Origin: Magnetococcales bacterium
Lineage (GTDB): Bacteria; Pseudomonadota; Magnetococcia; Magnetococcales; JADGAP01
NCBI GenBank assembly: GCA_015231965.1
Contig: JADGAP010000002.1
Location: 1 to 52,985, forward strand
Reading direction: 5' to 3'
Length of the DNA stretch: 52,985 nucleotides
Shown here one piece after another: positions 1 to 8,577 of the stretch. The notes beneath the pieces are model-generated. The model made no database searches. It was given only the letters and a program-made list of their open reading frames with translations, and was not told the origin of the DNA. Every line of letters starts with the position of its first letter. The stretch's first letter is position 1. The position numbers and the translations under genes were made by a program.

Positions 1-2
1 GC

Positions 3-437
3 CCCCCCCAGGAGATCCCCTCCCGGTTGATGCTTGACCCCGCCCAACTGCGCCGCATCTCGGCGGAAAAAGAGGCGGAACGCTACTCTGGAACCCCCGG
101 GAAAGATCCCGGCGTCGCCCTCAGCGCCCGGGAAGACCGCCACGCCGCCTACCTCTCCCGCCTCCACGAACAACTGCGCAACGCCATGCGCTATCCCGAA
201 TCCCTCAAGGGACTCTCGGGCAAGGTGCGCATGACCATAATAATCTCCAGAAACGGCACCCTGGAGAGCGTCAAACTCCTCGCCTCCTCCGGGGCCGAGG
301 CGTTGGATCAAGCGGCCCTGGCCTCGGTCCACAACGCCGCCCCCTTCGCCCCCCTCCCCGACGCTTGGAAACTGGAACGCATCCCCTTCACCTTCAACCT
401 GGAATACTTCGCCGACAAGGTCCGGCTGGGGCGGTGA
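3..437 (+). CDS. TonB-family energy transducer, C-terminal domain; the 5' end runs off the window
   Basis: The frame is open from the window edge. The C-terminal segment YPESLKGLSGKVRMTIIISRNGTLESVKLLASSGAEALDQAALASVHNAAPFAPLP fits the TonB_C signature (YP...G.V.v.f.i...G.v..v.v..SSG...LD.AAl.av). Confidence 0.7.
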   Translation, partial: PPQEIPSRLMLDPAQLRRISAEKEAERYSGTPGKDPGVALSAREDRHAAYLSRLHEQLRNAMRYPESLKGLSGKVRMTIIISRNGTLESVKLLASSGAEALDQAALASVHNAAPFAPLPDAWKLERIPFTFNLEYFADKVRLGR

Positions 438-469
438 GGGACTTTTTTCGGGGGACTCTTCCTTGCTCC

Positions 470-1000
470 CTCAATCTCCTTGGGTGTGCAACCAACTCCC
501 CCACGACGAAACCGTCATTCCCGCGAAAGCGGGAATCCAGCGGCTTTCAAGGTGTCCGAGATACGCGAAATGACGCGCAATGACGAATAAATCGAATAAT
601 AAATCATGGAGATATAACATTTTATGGATGTTCCAATTAAAAATGGCGCATGACCTCAAGCGGCGTCAGGGGATGCAACCAATTTTTCAAACACACCATC
701 GTCATTCCCGCGAAAGCGGGAATCCAGGGGCGGGGGAGGAAAATGCAGGCGTCGCCACGAGGAACCAAGCTTCTTTTCCGTTTGTTTGACGTGAGCCATT
801 CGCCTATTGGCTTTCCTGGATTCCCGCCTTCGCGGGAATGACGGTCCATTTTGGGGAATGAGTTCTTTGCTCCATCAATCTTCCAATGCGCCAATCTGAA
901 ATGGAATGACTATACGCTCCTTCGGGTTCTCAAAGTCACTGGATTCCCGCCTTCGCGGGAAGGACGATTTCATTCCGGGAATGGATTCCGTGCTTCTTCC
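470..1000. repeat. Cluster of nested or partial copies of a hairpin-bearing interspersed repeat family
   Basis: Four copies of the ~28-nt unit CCGTCATTCCCGCGAAAGCGGGAATCCAG or its complement lie at 512-540, 701-727, 816-844 and 939-966. Flanking modules (TGCAACCAA..., TTCCA(A/T)TTnAAAAT(G/T)GCGCAT) recur at 16.1 kb, 43.4 kb and 52.9 kb. Confidence 0.85.
699..846 (+). mobile_element. MITE-like element, copy 1 (~148 bp, terminal inverted repeats)
   Basis: Left end CGTCATTCCCGCGAAAGCGGGAATCCAG (701-727) and right end CTGGATTCCCGCCTTCGCGGGAATGACGG (816-844) are inverted repeats. The internal ~90 bp is the reverse complement, at roughly 85% identity by eye, of the internal part of the copies at 15945-16089 and 43488-43610. 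Confidence 0.8.
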
Positions 1001-1082
1001 AGCTTCCGATGTGCGATTTTGGATTGAAACCACGATATCGCGCAATGCGCGTTCCCGCTGCTATACTCAACCCGAGCGCGGG

Positions 1083-1655
1083 TTAGGCCCCCGCCGCCGC
1101 CAATTTCTCCCCGGCTTCGGCGAGGCGCTGCTCCAGCAGCCGTTCCAGGCGGGGATGGTCGCCCCGCAGACCGTCCAGCACCTGGGCGCACCACTCCAGA
1201 TACTCCCTCTGCCGCTCCATCGACCATCCCACCGGCGGACTTTGAATCATGTCGCCGATGTTGCAACTCATGTCCGCCAGCTTGACCGCCCGAGCCCCCC
1301 AGGACTTGTGGGGGGCGTGGACGATCTGCAACCGCTTGCGCTCCCCCTTGGGTAGACTTTTGTCATCGGAGACCTCCCGCACCAGGGCCAGCACCGCCGG
1401 ACCGAAGGAGGCTTGCAACTCTTCCGGCGTGGTGGCGGTGTCCTCCAGGGTGTCGTGGAGCAGGGCGGCAAGGATGACCTCCAGCGCCTCCACGCCGCCC
1501 ACGTTGCGCACCGTCTCCGCCACCGCCACGGGATGGTTGATGTAGGGCACATCCCCCGCGCTCTTGCGCCGCTGCCCCTGATGCTTGACCGCCGCGAAGG
1601 AGACCGCCCGCAACACCCATCCCAGAGGATCCAGGGGCGCTTCCGCAGGGCTCAT
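1083..1655 (-). CDS. Mesh1/SpoT-type HD-domain (p)ppGpp pyrophosphohydrolase (small alarmone hydrolase)
   Basis: KHQGQRRKSAGDVPYINHPVAVAETV ... AALLHDTLEDTATTPEEL ... VSDDKSLPKGERKRLQIVHAPHKSWGARAVKLADMSCN is near-collinear with the Mesh1/HDDC3 signature (RRK..PYINHP..VA, LLHDTVEDT, DDK.LPK.ERKRLQ...AP..S.GAKLVKLADK). Its ATG overlaps the stop of the upstream pilin-like gene (ATGA). Confidence 0.88.
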   Translation of the reverse strand: MSPAEAPLDPLGWVLRAVSFAAVKHQGQRRKSAGDVPYINHPVAVAETVRNVGGVEALEVILAALLHDTLEDTATTPEELQASFGPAVLALVREVSDDKSLPKGERKRLQIVHAPHKSWGARAVKLADMSCNIGDMIQSPPVGWSMERQREYLEWCAQVLDGLRGDHPRLERLLEQRLAEAGEKLAAAGA

Positions 1656-2890
1656 GGGGCGACGGTGATGCTGAACCGGCGGGAGATGATGCGGTCTCGA
1701 CTTCCCGCCGCGACGGTTTGATCGTTCGGCTGATTGTCATCCCGAACGAAAATTTCCAGGTTGGTGGAACCCGCAGTGGTGCTTCCGATCAGTAGGACGG
1801 AATCCGATTGGGTCCAGTTGACTTCATCCTGATTGGCCCGGCAGTTGGCGTCCGACTGGATGTTGGCGGTATCGCCCGCATTCCTCAATGTCAACCCTTG
1901 AGCGGTATTGATGTTCGCGCACCAACGATAGGCCCCCCCCGCCGCCCGTTGAACGCCGCCCATGGCGGCGATGCGCAAGGGGTTGACAGCAGCCGTGTAA
2001 CTCACGTTGGGCTGGAAGGTGGGCAAGGAGTCCGTGGTAAAGCGGAATTGCTCCTCCATGGCCACCTTGGGGCATTTGAGTCGGCCCATCAACTCGCCGA
2101 AGGAGACGGCGGTCACCACGTCGTCGTAAATGGCGGGATTGGCGGCGCTGACATTCGGCCCAGTGCTGATGGCCCGGTTGGGGTCGGCAAAGACCACGCC
2201 GAGGGCGGCGGTATTGGGGGTGTTGAAGGTTTGATCCGGCCCGGAACTGGCGATGACGATCGCCTGATTAACGGTGACGTTGTTGGCGTCAACCGTGCGC
2301 AGGAAGGTGGTATTGGTCAGGCCGCTTTGAATGGGCTTTTGCAGGATGTTGCAAAAATTGCCCAGGGAGGTGGCGTTTCCATCCGCGCCCAGGTCGGCCC
2401 CGATGGCGACATTTCGGTAGATGGCGTAGCGATAGTTGGAATAGTAGGGATCCTGGTTATCGTTGTTGCCAGCGACAGTCCGTTGCATGCCCAGGGTGGC
2501 GTAAGGCACGGCACCAGTGCTGTTGGTGCAGGTTGCTCCGGTGAGGGCCTCCGTGCCGGTGGTCACTCCGGCGGTTTCGGTGGCGGGGCAGGGCAGGCGG
2601 CGGTTGTTGATGGCGAAATTGACCACCGACTCGGCGATCAACGCCTCCGTCGCTCGGTTTTTCTGAACCTGGGCGTTTTCCACCATGTTGGTGCCAAAGC
2701 CCACCCCCAGGCTGATGAGCAGACCCAGGATCACCAGCACCACGGAAAGCTCCACCAGGGTGAAACCGGACTTTCGCCCCCAACGGAGCAGCCCACCCAA
2801 GGTGTCGAAAGTGGATCGAAGCAGTCGTTTCATGAGTGGGCTTCTTTCTTCCGCGCCAACCGCCGTTGGTCCGTGGTAGGGCATCTTCAC
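1652..2890 (-). CDS. Large prepilin-type (type IV pilin / T2SS pseudopilin-like) protein, paralogue C
   Basis: Class III signal motif G|FTLVELSVVLVILGLLISLG, then the shared motifs NRRLPCP, GAVPYATLGM and YDDVVTAVSFGELMGRLKCP, six Cys shared with the two paralogues, and a beta-rich C-terminus. The start is uncertain: GTG 2890, ATG 2884 or ATG 2833. Confidence 0.8.
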   Translation of the reverse strand: MKMPYHGPTAVGAEERSPLMKRLLRSTFDTLGGLLRWGRKSGFTLVELSVVLVILGLLISLGVGFGTNMVENAQVQKNRATEALIAESVVNFAINNRRLPCPATETAGVTTGTEALTGATCTNSTGAVPYATLGMQRTVAGNNDNQDPYYSNYRYAIYRNVAIGADLGADGNATSLGNFCNILQKPIQSGLTNTTFLRTVDANNVTVNQAIVIASSGPDQTFNTPNTAALGVVFADPNRAISTGPNVSAANPAIYDDVVTAVSFGELMGRLKCPKVAMEEQFRFTTDSLPTFQPNVSYTAAVNPLRIAAMGGVQRAAGGAYRWCANINTAQGLTLRNAGDTANIQSDANCRANQDEVNWTQSDSVLLIGSTTAGSTNLEIFVRDDNQPNDQTVAAGSRDRIISRRFSITVAP

Positions 2891-2906
2891 CCCTAAGATC
2901 GGAGTC

Positions 2907-4136
2907 TTATTGGATCTTCACGTTATAGGTCCGGGTGACATTTTCACCATTGCTCGTAACGGTCACCGACACCACGGGATAGGACCCAATTGTATAAGGC
3001 GGCGGCGAGGTCGCGGCGATATTAAGGGTAATCGCTTGAGTTGGCGCGGTGGGAGGGGTGATGGTCGTCTGCGCGGGACACAGCGCCGGAGCTGCGGTCA
3101 CGGTGTACGTGATCAAACCGGCCAACGGCGTGTAGCAGACAGAATATGTTCCATTTCCCCCATCAAACGCCACGTTCAAAGTGGTGTCAATTGGGCCCGG
3201 AGTCCCAGCCACCTGATAATCATCCGTGGAATTAAGAAACGGTAAGAACGCATCCGCTACGATCGGGGTAAGCCGCAACGTCGTCTGTTGCTTGCGGCCC
3301 TGGCAGCCCAGCTTGCCCATGAGGTCGTTGAACGTGGGGGCGATGATCTGATCGTTGTATTGCCCCCCTGCTGGCGCGACGTCTTCTGCGGTCAGCGCCC
3401 GGGAGGGGTTCTCCAGCGATGAGCTGTTCCCGATGTTGGCTCCATCAAAGAGATCGCCGTCCACGTCGCCGTCCCGATTGTCAAATCCCGCGCTGATCAG
3501 GGCGTAGGGGCGGTTGTTGGTGTTGGGTAGTCCGACGGACGCCGTGGAGATGTTGAGAAAAGTGGCGTTGTCCGCCGTATTGGCGATGGCTTCGAGGCGG
3601 GTGCAGAACACGCCCAGATCCGAAACGCCCCCAACGGTCGTGGCGTCATTGATCAGATTGGTGGCGTTGTTGGCGGCGTTGTTGTAGACGACGTAGGCCA
3701 TGTCTCGGCGGTAGGCGTCCTCTCCATTGGGCAACCCCAGATCAAGGAAGGGCATGTCGCCGCGCGCGTTGGCGCAGGAGGCCGGAGGGCCGACATTGCG
3801 ATTTTCTCGGCCATCGTTATCCGTATCAGGGCAGGGCAGCCGTTTGTTGGCCAGGATGAACCCTTCCACCGCCTTGGCGGCGAGCTCCATCGTCTCGCGG
3901 TTTTGGTTGAACTTGGCCGAGGTGGTCTTGCGCGGGGCCACCGAGGCGGCAATGGAGATGAAAATGCCGATGACCACCATCAGCATGGAGAGCCAGACAA
4001 TGCCCACCCCCGCCTGCGACGCATGCCAAAGTGGCGCGCGGTATCCTGGGCGAATTTGGGAGGCTTTAGATTGAATGGGGTTCACGGGCGGATCCTCGTT
4101 ATTCATCCCAGTCCTGTCCCTGATGCCGCTTACCAA
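2907..4136 (-). CDS. Pilin-like paralogue B, with a degenerate N-terminal pilin motif
   Basis: Shares NKRLPCPDTDNDG, GDMPFLDLGL, YNDQIIAPTFNDLMGKLGC and the six-Cys pattern with its neighbours. The N-terminal hydrophobic helix reads AG VGIVWLSMLMVVIGIFISIA, lacking G-F-T-L-x-E (no Glu5). Alternative start ATG 4106. Confidence 0.7.
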   Translation of the reverse strand: MVSGIRDRTGMNNEDPPVNPIQSKASQIRPGYRAPLWHASQAGVGIVWLSMLMVVIGIFISIAASVAPRKTTSAKFNQNRETMELAAKAVEGFILANKRLPCPDTDNDGRENRNVGPPASCANARGDMPFLDLGLPNGEDAYRRDMAYVVYNNAANNATNLINDATTVGGVSDLGVFCTRLEAIANTADNATFLNISTASVGLPNTNNRPYALISAGFDNRDGDVDGDLFDGANIGNSSSLENPSRALTAEDVAPAGGQYNDQIIAPTFNDLMGKLGCQGRKQQTTLRLTPIVADAFLPFLNSTDDYQVAGTPGPIDTTLNVAFDGGNGTYSVCYTPLAGLITYTVTAAPALCPAQTTITPPTAPTQAITLNIAATSPPPYTIGSYPVVSVTVTSNGENVTRTYNVKIQ

Positions 4137-5323
4137 CTGAAGACTCGCGAAACGATATTATCCCGGGTATTCGTTACGTTGAATCCTGCGGCCTGATCCC
4201 CGGCTTGATTATCATCGCGCACGTAAACCCGTACCGAACGTCCAGAGCCGCCAGTGACCGTCACAGAAACGCCGGAAACCCAGTTGGTTTCACCTTGGCC
4301 GACGCAACCTCCCGTGGTTCCATTTACCGCCTGGGACGTGTAAACCGTATCGGTGCTGCCATTGAGATTCTCGAAGCACCATCTGTAATGGCGGGTGGTC
4401 GTATTGGGGGTGCCGCCATCGATATAAACACCAGTCTCCGCAGCAGTGACGGACTCGTTGACGATGCGCAAGGTCTTGGGGGCGGCGATTTCGCCGCATT
4501 TGAGGCGGGCGGCCAGTTCGCCGAAGGGCATGGCCACCACTTGGTCGTCATACTGGTATAAGGCGATGGCGGTTTCGGACTGGGCTTCGCCGCCCCGCGG
4601 GCGGGTGGGATCGTCGAACAACAGAGCGGCGGTGCCGTTGTTGTTGCCGTCGAACTTGTTGCCGTCAGCATCGGAACTGCCCATGCCGGCGCTGGCGACC
4701 AGGAAAGCCTGATTGACCTGATTGGCGTTATCCGTGGTGTTGAAGCGTTGAATTCGCAAGGACGTGACCACAGGTCCGCCGTTGGCGGGCGAGGTCACTC
4801 GCAGGCCGTTTTGCAACGACTGACAAAAGTAGTCCAATCCTCGGGGAGGCGTGAGGGCCGTCGCCGGATTGATGGCCAGATCGACCTGGGAGGCATTCAC
4901 CGCCACATCGCTGAACGGCGCATAGATCACGGGGAATTTGAAGACGTCCAGACCGCTGTCCAGCCCCACCGTGAGGAAGGGGAATCCCCCCCGAGCGGCG
5001 GCGCAAACGCCCGAAGCGTTTCCAGCATCCTCCACGCCATCGGTTCCGGTGTCGGGGCAAGGGAGGCGGCTGTTGGTCTGGATGAAACCGATGAGCGCGT
5101 CGCGCATGGTCTCCAGTCGCTCCTGGTTGGCTCCGGCGCGGGAGGAGCCGATCATGCCAGGGACCAGCTTCATCGCCACCGAGATCAAGGCCCCGAGGAT
5201 CACCAGGACGATGGAGAGTTCCACCAATGTGAAGCCGGGGCGGGAACGCATCCGGCGGGGGGCGACGCTGGGCGCGGCGCGGCGGGGAAAAAAGGATCGG
5301 AGCATCACGACACTCCCGTTCAA
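4130..5323 (-). CDS. Large prepilin-type protein, paralogue A
   Basis: RSRPG|FTLVELSIVLVILGALISVA prepilin motif, then NSRLPCPDTGTDG, GGFPFLTVGL and YDDQVVAMPFGELAARLKCG. A GGGAG Shine-Dalgarno sequence favours ATG 5305 (MLRSFF...) as the true start. Confidence 0.8.
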   Translation of the reverse strand: MNGSVVMLRSFFPRRAAPSVAPRRMRSRPGFTLVELSIVLVILGALISVAMKLVPGMIGSSRAGANQERLETMRDALIGFIQTNSRLPCPDTGTDGVEDAGNASGVCAAARGGFPFLTVGLDSGLDVFKFPVIYAPFSDVAVNASQVDLAINPATALTPPRGLDYFCQSLQNGLRVTSPANGGPVVTSLRIQRFNTTDNANQVNQAFLVASAGMGSSDADGNKFDGNNNGTAALLFDDPTRPRGGEAQSETAIALYQYDDQVVAMPFGELAARLKCGEIAAPKTLRIVNESVTAAETGVYIDGGTPNTTTRHYRWCFENLNGSTDTVYTSQAVNGTTGGCVGQGETNWVSGVSVTVTGGSGRSVRVYVRDDNQAGDQAAGFNVTNTRDNIVSRVFSW

Positions 5324-5593
5324 GCGGTGGCGGCATCAGAGGAGGGAAGGGGCTCTCCGCGGAGAAAACCATTCCCACTCTGGGATTTTACGTCGGCGCC
5401 TCGAACTGTGCAATGCAACGCGCTATTTTTCCAAGGCATCGTCCCATTATCGGCTAGCCGGGGCGGAGGGGGAGGGATGTTACCTTTTGTTGCGCCCCCC
5501 CATCCGGTTGCAGACCGACTTGTACCCTTGGACCGGGCGGGGCGGGAAATGATTCCAAGCTTTTTACAGCAGGGCGGCGGAGGCGACTCCGAG

Positions 5594-6199
5594 TCAGGCC
5601 ACCCCCCCCAGCCGCGCCCGGTGCAGCGGGGTGTAGACCGATCCTCGGGGGGTGAGGGTGGAGCGGAGCAGCCGGATCTCCCCGGCGCTCCAGGAGGTTT
5701 GCACGGGGGGAAGGGCGTCGGGGATTTCTGGGGAGAGGAGGGGGGGCTCCTGGGTCCGGGCGAGGGTGAGATGGGGCTGGAAGGGCTTGGCGTCGTCCCC
5801 CGGCAGGCGGCGGGCCAGCTCCCGCGCCAGGGCGACGAGGGTGCCGGGGGGATCGTCGGCCACCCCCAACCAGAGGACGCGGGGGCGTGCGAAATGGGGA
5901 AAGGCCCCCCACCCCCCGAGGGTGAGGGTCAAGGGGGGATGGGCGGCGGCGACTTCCTCCAGGATGCGGCGGAATTCCGGCAGCAACGACGCCCCGGTTT
6001 CGCCGATGAAGCGCAAGGTCAGGTGGAGCTTGGCGGCGGCGCTCCAGTTCCACCCCGGAGGCAGCAACGGGCGGGCGGCCTGGACCGCCTCCATCACCGC
6101 CTGCCGCGCCGCCTCGGGGGGATCCAGCGAGACGAAGAGCCGAAGGGCCTCCGGGGCGTTCTCCCGTTGCGGCGCGGAGGATCTTCCTTCCCCTTTCAT
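5594..6199 (-). CDS. thpR: RNA 2',3'-cyclic phosphodiesterase (2H phosphoesterase)
   Basis: Two H-x-T-x motifs (HLTLRF and HLTLAR) at ThpR/LigT spacing. Start chosen at ATG 6199, preceded by GGGAGGAAG; the ORF track extends to 6295. Confidence 0.8.
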   Translation of the reverse strand: MKGEGRSSAPQRENAPEALRLFVSLDPPEAARQAVMEAVQAARPLLPPGWNWSAAAKLHLTLRFIGETGASLLPEFRRILEEVAAAHPPLTLTLGGWGAFPHFARPRVLWLGVADDPPGTLVALARELARRLPGDDAKPFQPHLTLARTQEPPLLSPEIPDALPPVQTSWSAGEIRLLRSTLTPRGSVYTPLHRARLGGVA

Positions 6200-6385
6200 C
6201 GCTTCCTCCCATGATCGGCGCATGGCCTCTCTTCCCATGACCTGTACTACTATCCTCGAGAATCTTCGCGACTTGCGCGGATTTTGTTGGAACATAATGA
6301 AGGGAGAGCCGAGAAAAACATGGGATCAACCAAGACGGAGCTTATTTTGGCTGTTAAATTGTCTTGACGATGGGGGCCGCTTCAC

Positions 6386-8218
6386 TCACCCGCCCCACGC
6401 CGTGATCCGTTGTCCGCCGCGCACCGCGTTGCCCAACCACGCCTCCTCCGCCCCCCGCACCTGATCCACGGTGAGAAAGGCCTCCCGCGCCCCCAGGGTC
6501 GCCATCCGCTCCGCCCGCCACAACCCCGGCAACACCCCCTCGGCCACCGGCGGAACCCACCACGCCCCCTCCCGCTTGACCAGCAGCGAACGAAGACACC
6601 CCTCGGTGACGCCCCCCCGGGTGTTGACGAACAACGCCTCATCCCACCCCCGAGAGCGGGCCAGGGCCATGGCTTCGTCGAAATCCCCCCGGCGGGTGGT
6701 TTTGTGGCGCCAGAGGGGATCGTCGCCGTCCCGTCGCCCCTCGGCCCAGCCCACGATCAACCCGCCGTTCGTCAAGAGGATCGGCGCTTCCCGACAGCGG
6801 ACAAGACATTCCCCCGCCGGGGTCAACTCCAGGCGCACCACCCAGCCGGACTCCCGGGGGCCGCGCCACCCCGCCGCCCCCGCCAGCACGGCGGCCCGGG
6901 CCTCCGACCCCCGCCAGGGGAGGCCCAGCGCCCGGGCCGAATCCCCCATGCGCCGTAGATGGCGTTCCAACCAGGGAATCCCGCCGTCGGGGGCGATGCG
7001 CAGGGTTTCGATCAAGCCGGGGGGATCGGGGGCCTGGCGCAGGAATCGGGCTTTGTCCGCCAACTCCTCCCACTCCCGGTCCGGCTCCGATTCGGCGACG
7101 ATGCCGCCCCCCAGTCCCAGGCGAGGGGGCGCGTCCCGGTGCCGGGCGACGGTGCGGATGGCCACGTTGAAGATGAAATCCCCCCCCGGACGGATCACCC
7201 CCACGCTCCCGGTGTAGATCCCGCGAGGCTTCCCCTCCACCTCGGCGATCTCCCGCATCACCCGGTGGCGCGGGGCGCCGGTGATGGAGGCGGCGGGGAA
7301 AAGGGCCGCCATCAACGCTGCCAGCCCGACGCCAGGACGCTGCTCCCCCAGCACCCGGCTTTCCAGGTGATGCACCGTGGGGAAACTCCGCCGGGCAAAG
7401 AGGTGGGGAACCCGAATCGAGCCGATTTGACTCACCCGGCCCAAATCGTTGCGCGCCATGTCGACGATCATGACGTGTTCCGCCCGATCCTTCTCCGAAG
7501 CCTCCAGGGCCGCCGCCCGCTCCCTATCCTCCCCACCCCGCCCCCGGGGGCGGGTTCCCTTGATCGGCGCGGTGGTCAGGGTCGAACCCTGGCGCATCAG
7601 CAGCAGTTCCGGCGAAAAGGAAAGAATGTGGGTGAGTGAAGAATGACGACCTTCCTCGTCCGCATCGTCCCCCAGGGCGACCAGGGCGGAAAAAGGGTGG
7701 CGGTGGCGGGTGTGGAGGGCGGCGAAAAAGGCGGCGGGGTCGGGGATGGGGGAAAGTTGCGCGGCGGTGGTCCAGTTGACCTGATAAAAATCCCCCCGGC
7801 GGATCCCCGCGTCGATGCGGGCCAGGGCGCGGCGTTGTTCCGTCTCCGTCACCTCCAGACGCCACGACAGGGCGGGGGGCGGGGGAGCCTCGGGAAAGAT
7901 CATGGGAGCGGACGACCCAAAGCTCGCTCCCCAGGCGAGCCACTCTCCGGCGCGGGGGGGCAGGGCAGGGAGATTCCAGGCCGCGCCCGCCTCGTAGGTC
8001 AGGCAGAGGGCAACCCACTGTCCGGCCATGGCTTGGGACTCGGCCCACTCCAGCAGGGGCGTCACCTCCTCCGGGTGCCAGGCGATGCGGCGTTGCGTCG
8101 GGTGGTTCAGGCGCAGGGGTTCGCCCCATGGGGCGAAGTCCACCACGACGTGGGGGGGGCGGGGACATCCTCGGAACATTGTCGGGCAGGAGGAGACGTC
8201 ATCGACCACGATTCTCAA
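6386..8218 (-). CDS. pabB: Aminodeoxychorismate synthase component I fused to an aminodeoxychorismate lyase-like (class IV aminotransferase) domain
   Basis: Chorismate-binding signature SFSPELLL...APIKGTRPRG...SEKDRAEHVMIVDMARNDLGRV...SITGAPRHRVMREIAEVEGKPRGIYTGSVG...GGGIVAESEPDREWEE. A ~200-aa C-terminal extension (LIETLRIAPDGGIPWLERHLRRM...GVTEG...VLPGLWR) resembles PabC/IlvE. Start is TTG 8218 or ATG 8179. Confidence 0.8.
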   Translation of the reverse strand: MRIVVDDVSSCPTMFRGCPRPPHVVVDFAPWGEPLRLNHPTQRRIAWHPEEVTPLLEWAESQAMAGQWVALCLTYEAGAAWNLPALPPRAGEWLAWGASFGSSAPMIFPEAPPPPALSWRLEVTETEQRRALARIDAGIRRGDFYQVNWTTAAQLSPIPDPAAFFAALHTRHRHPFSALVALGDDADEEGRHSSLTHILSFSPELLLMRQGSTLTTAPIKGTRPRGRGGEDRERAAALEASEKDRAEHVMIVDMARNDLGRVSQIGSIRVPHLFARRSFPTVHHLESRVLGEQRPGVGLAALMAALFPAASITGAPRHRVMREIAEVEGKPRGIYTGSVGVIRPGGDFIFNVAIRTVARHRDAPPRLGLGGGIVAESEPDREWEELADKARFLRQAPDPPGLIETLRIAPDGGIPWLERHLRRMGDSARALGLPWRGSEARAAVLAGAAGWRGPRESGWVVRLELTPAGECLVRCREAPILLTNGGLIVGWAEGRRDGDDPLWRHKTTRRGDFDEAMALARSRGWDEALFVNTRGGVTEGCLRSLLVKREGAWWVPPVAEGVLPGLWRAERMATLGAREAFLTVDQVRGAEEAWLGNAVRGGQRITAWGG

Positions 8219-8577
8219 CCACCCGCCCCCGTCTTGCGGAAAAAGGGGGCGTCAACCAAAGAGCGATACAATAGGCTCCTGCCATGGGGTGCTTTCACCT
8301 TGGCGGAAGGCGAGCAACGAACCCTGTCGGCCCAAAATGCGCGGCCAAGACCAGCGTCAAGAATGGCTTTCTTCACGGTAAACAGCGGTTCAAGAGGCAA
8401 CGCGTGCGGTTGCCCGTACACCCCCGCTTGCTGGTTCTCCCGCTTCAGACGGAAGAGCGTTGTGGTTTCAAAATCACGGGAGAGGGGCGACCGGATCATG
8501 AGCCTCTTCGCCCGATTCCATGGGAACGGAGATATGGAGGAGACCGTGTCGCCCTTTAGTTGACACTCCCGAAAGAA

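Noticed and set aside
471-894. Small ORFs across the repeat cluster (471-659, 580-789, 637-894, 650-841). Similar ones occur at 15925-16249 and 43280-43624, encoding peptides such as WIPAFAGMT, VIPAKAGIQG and SFPRKRES.
   Set aside because: The peptides are simply translations of the interspersed DNA repeat in different frames and orientations. The conservation is at the nucleotide and hairpin level, not the protein level.
512-966. Possible CRISPR array, because a ~28-nt palindromic unit recurs four times.
   Set aside because: The units occur in both orientations with irregular spacing (about 160, 90 and 95 nt). The sequences between them are themselves repeated elsewhere in the window, and there are no cas genes. 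This fits MITE/REP elements, not CRISPR.
5410-5436. Sigma-54-like motif upstream of the pilin-like operon (minus strand CTTGGAAAAATAGCGCGTTGCA).
   Set aside because: The GG-to-GC spacing is 16 nt instead of 12, so it does not fit the -24/-12 geometry.
8215-8499. 94-aa minus-strand ORF filling part of the dsrK-pabB gap, with its stop overlapping the TTG start of pabB.
   Set aside because: It has no Shine-Dalgarno sequence, no recognisable motif and an unremarkable composition. It is more likely non-coding leader of pabBC. It remains possible, but I cannot support it.
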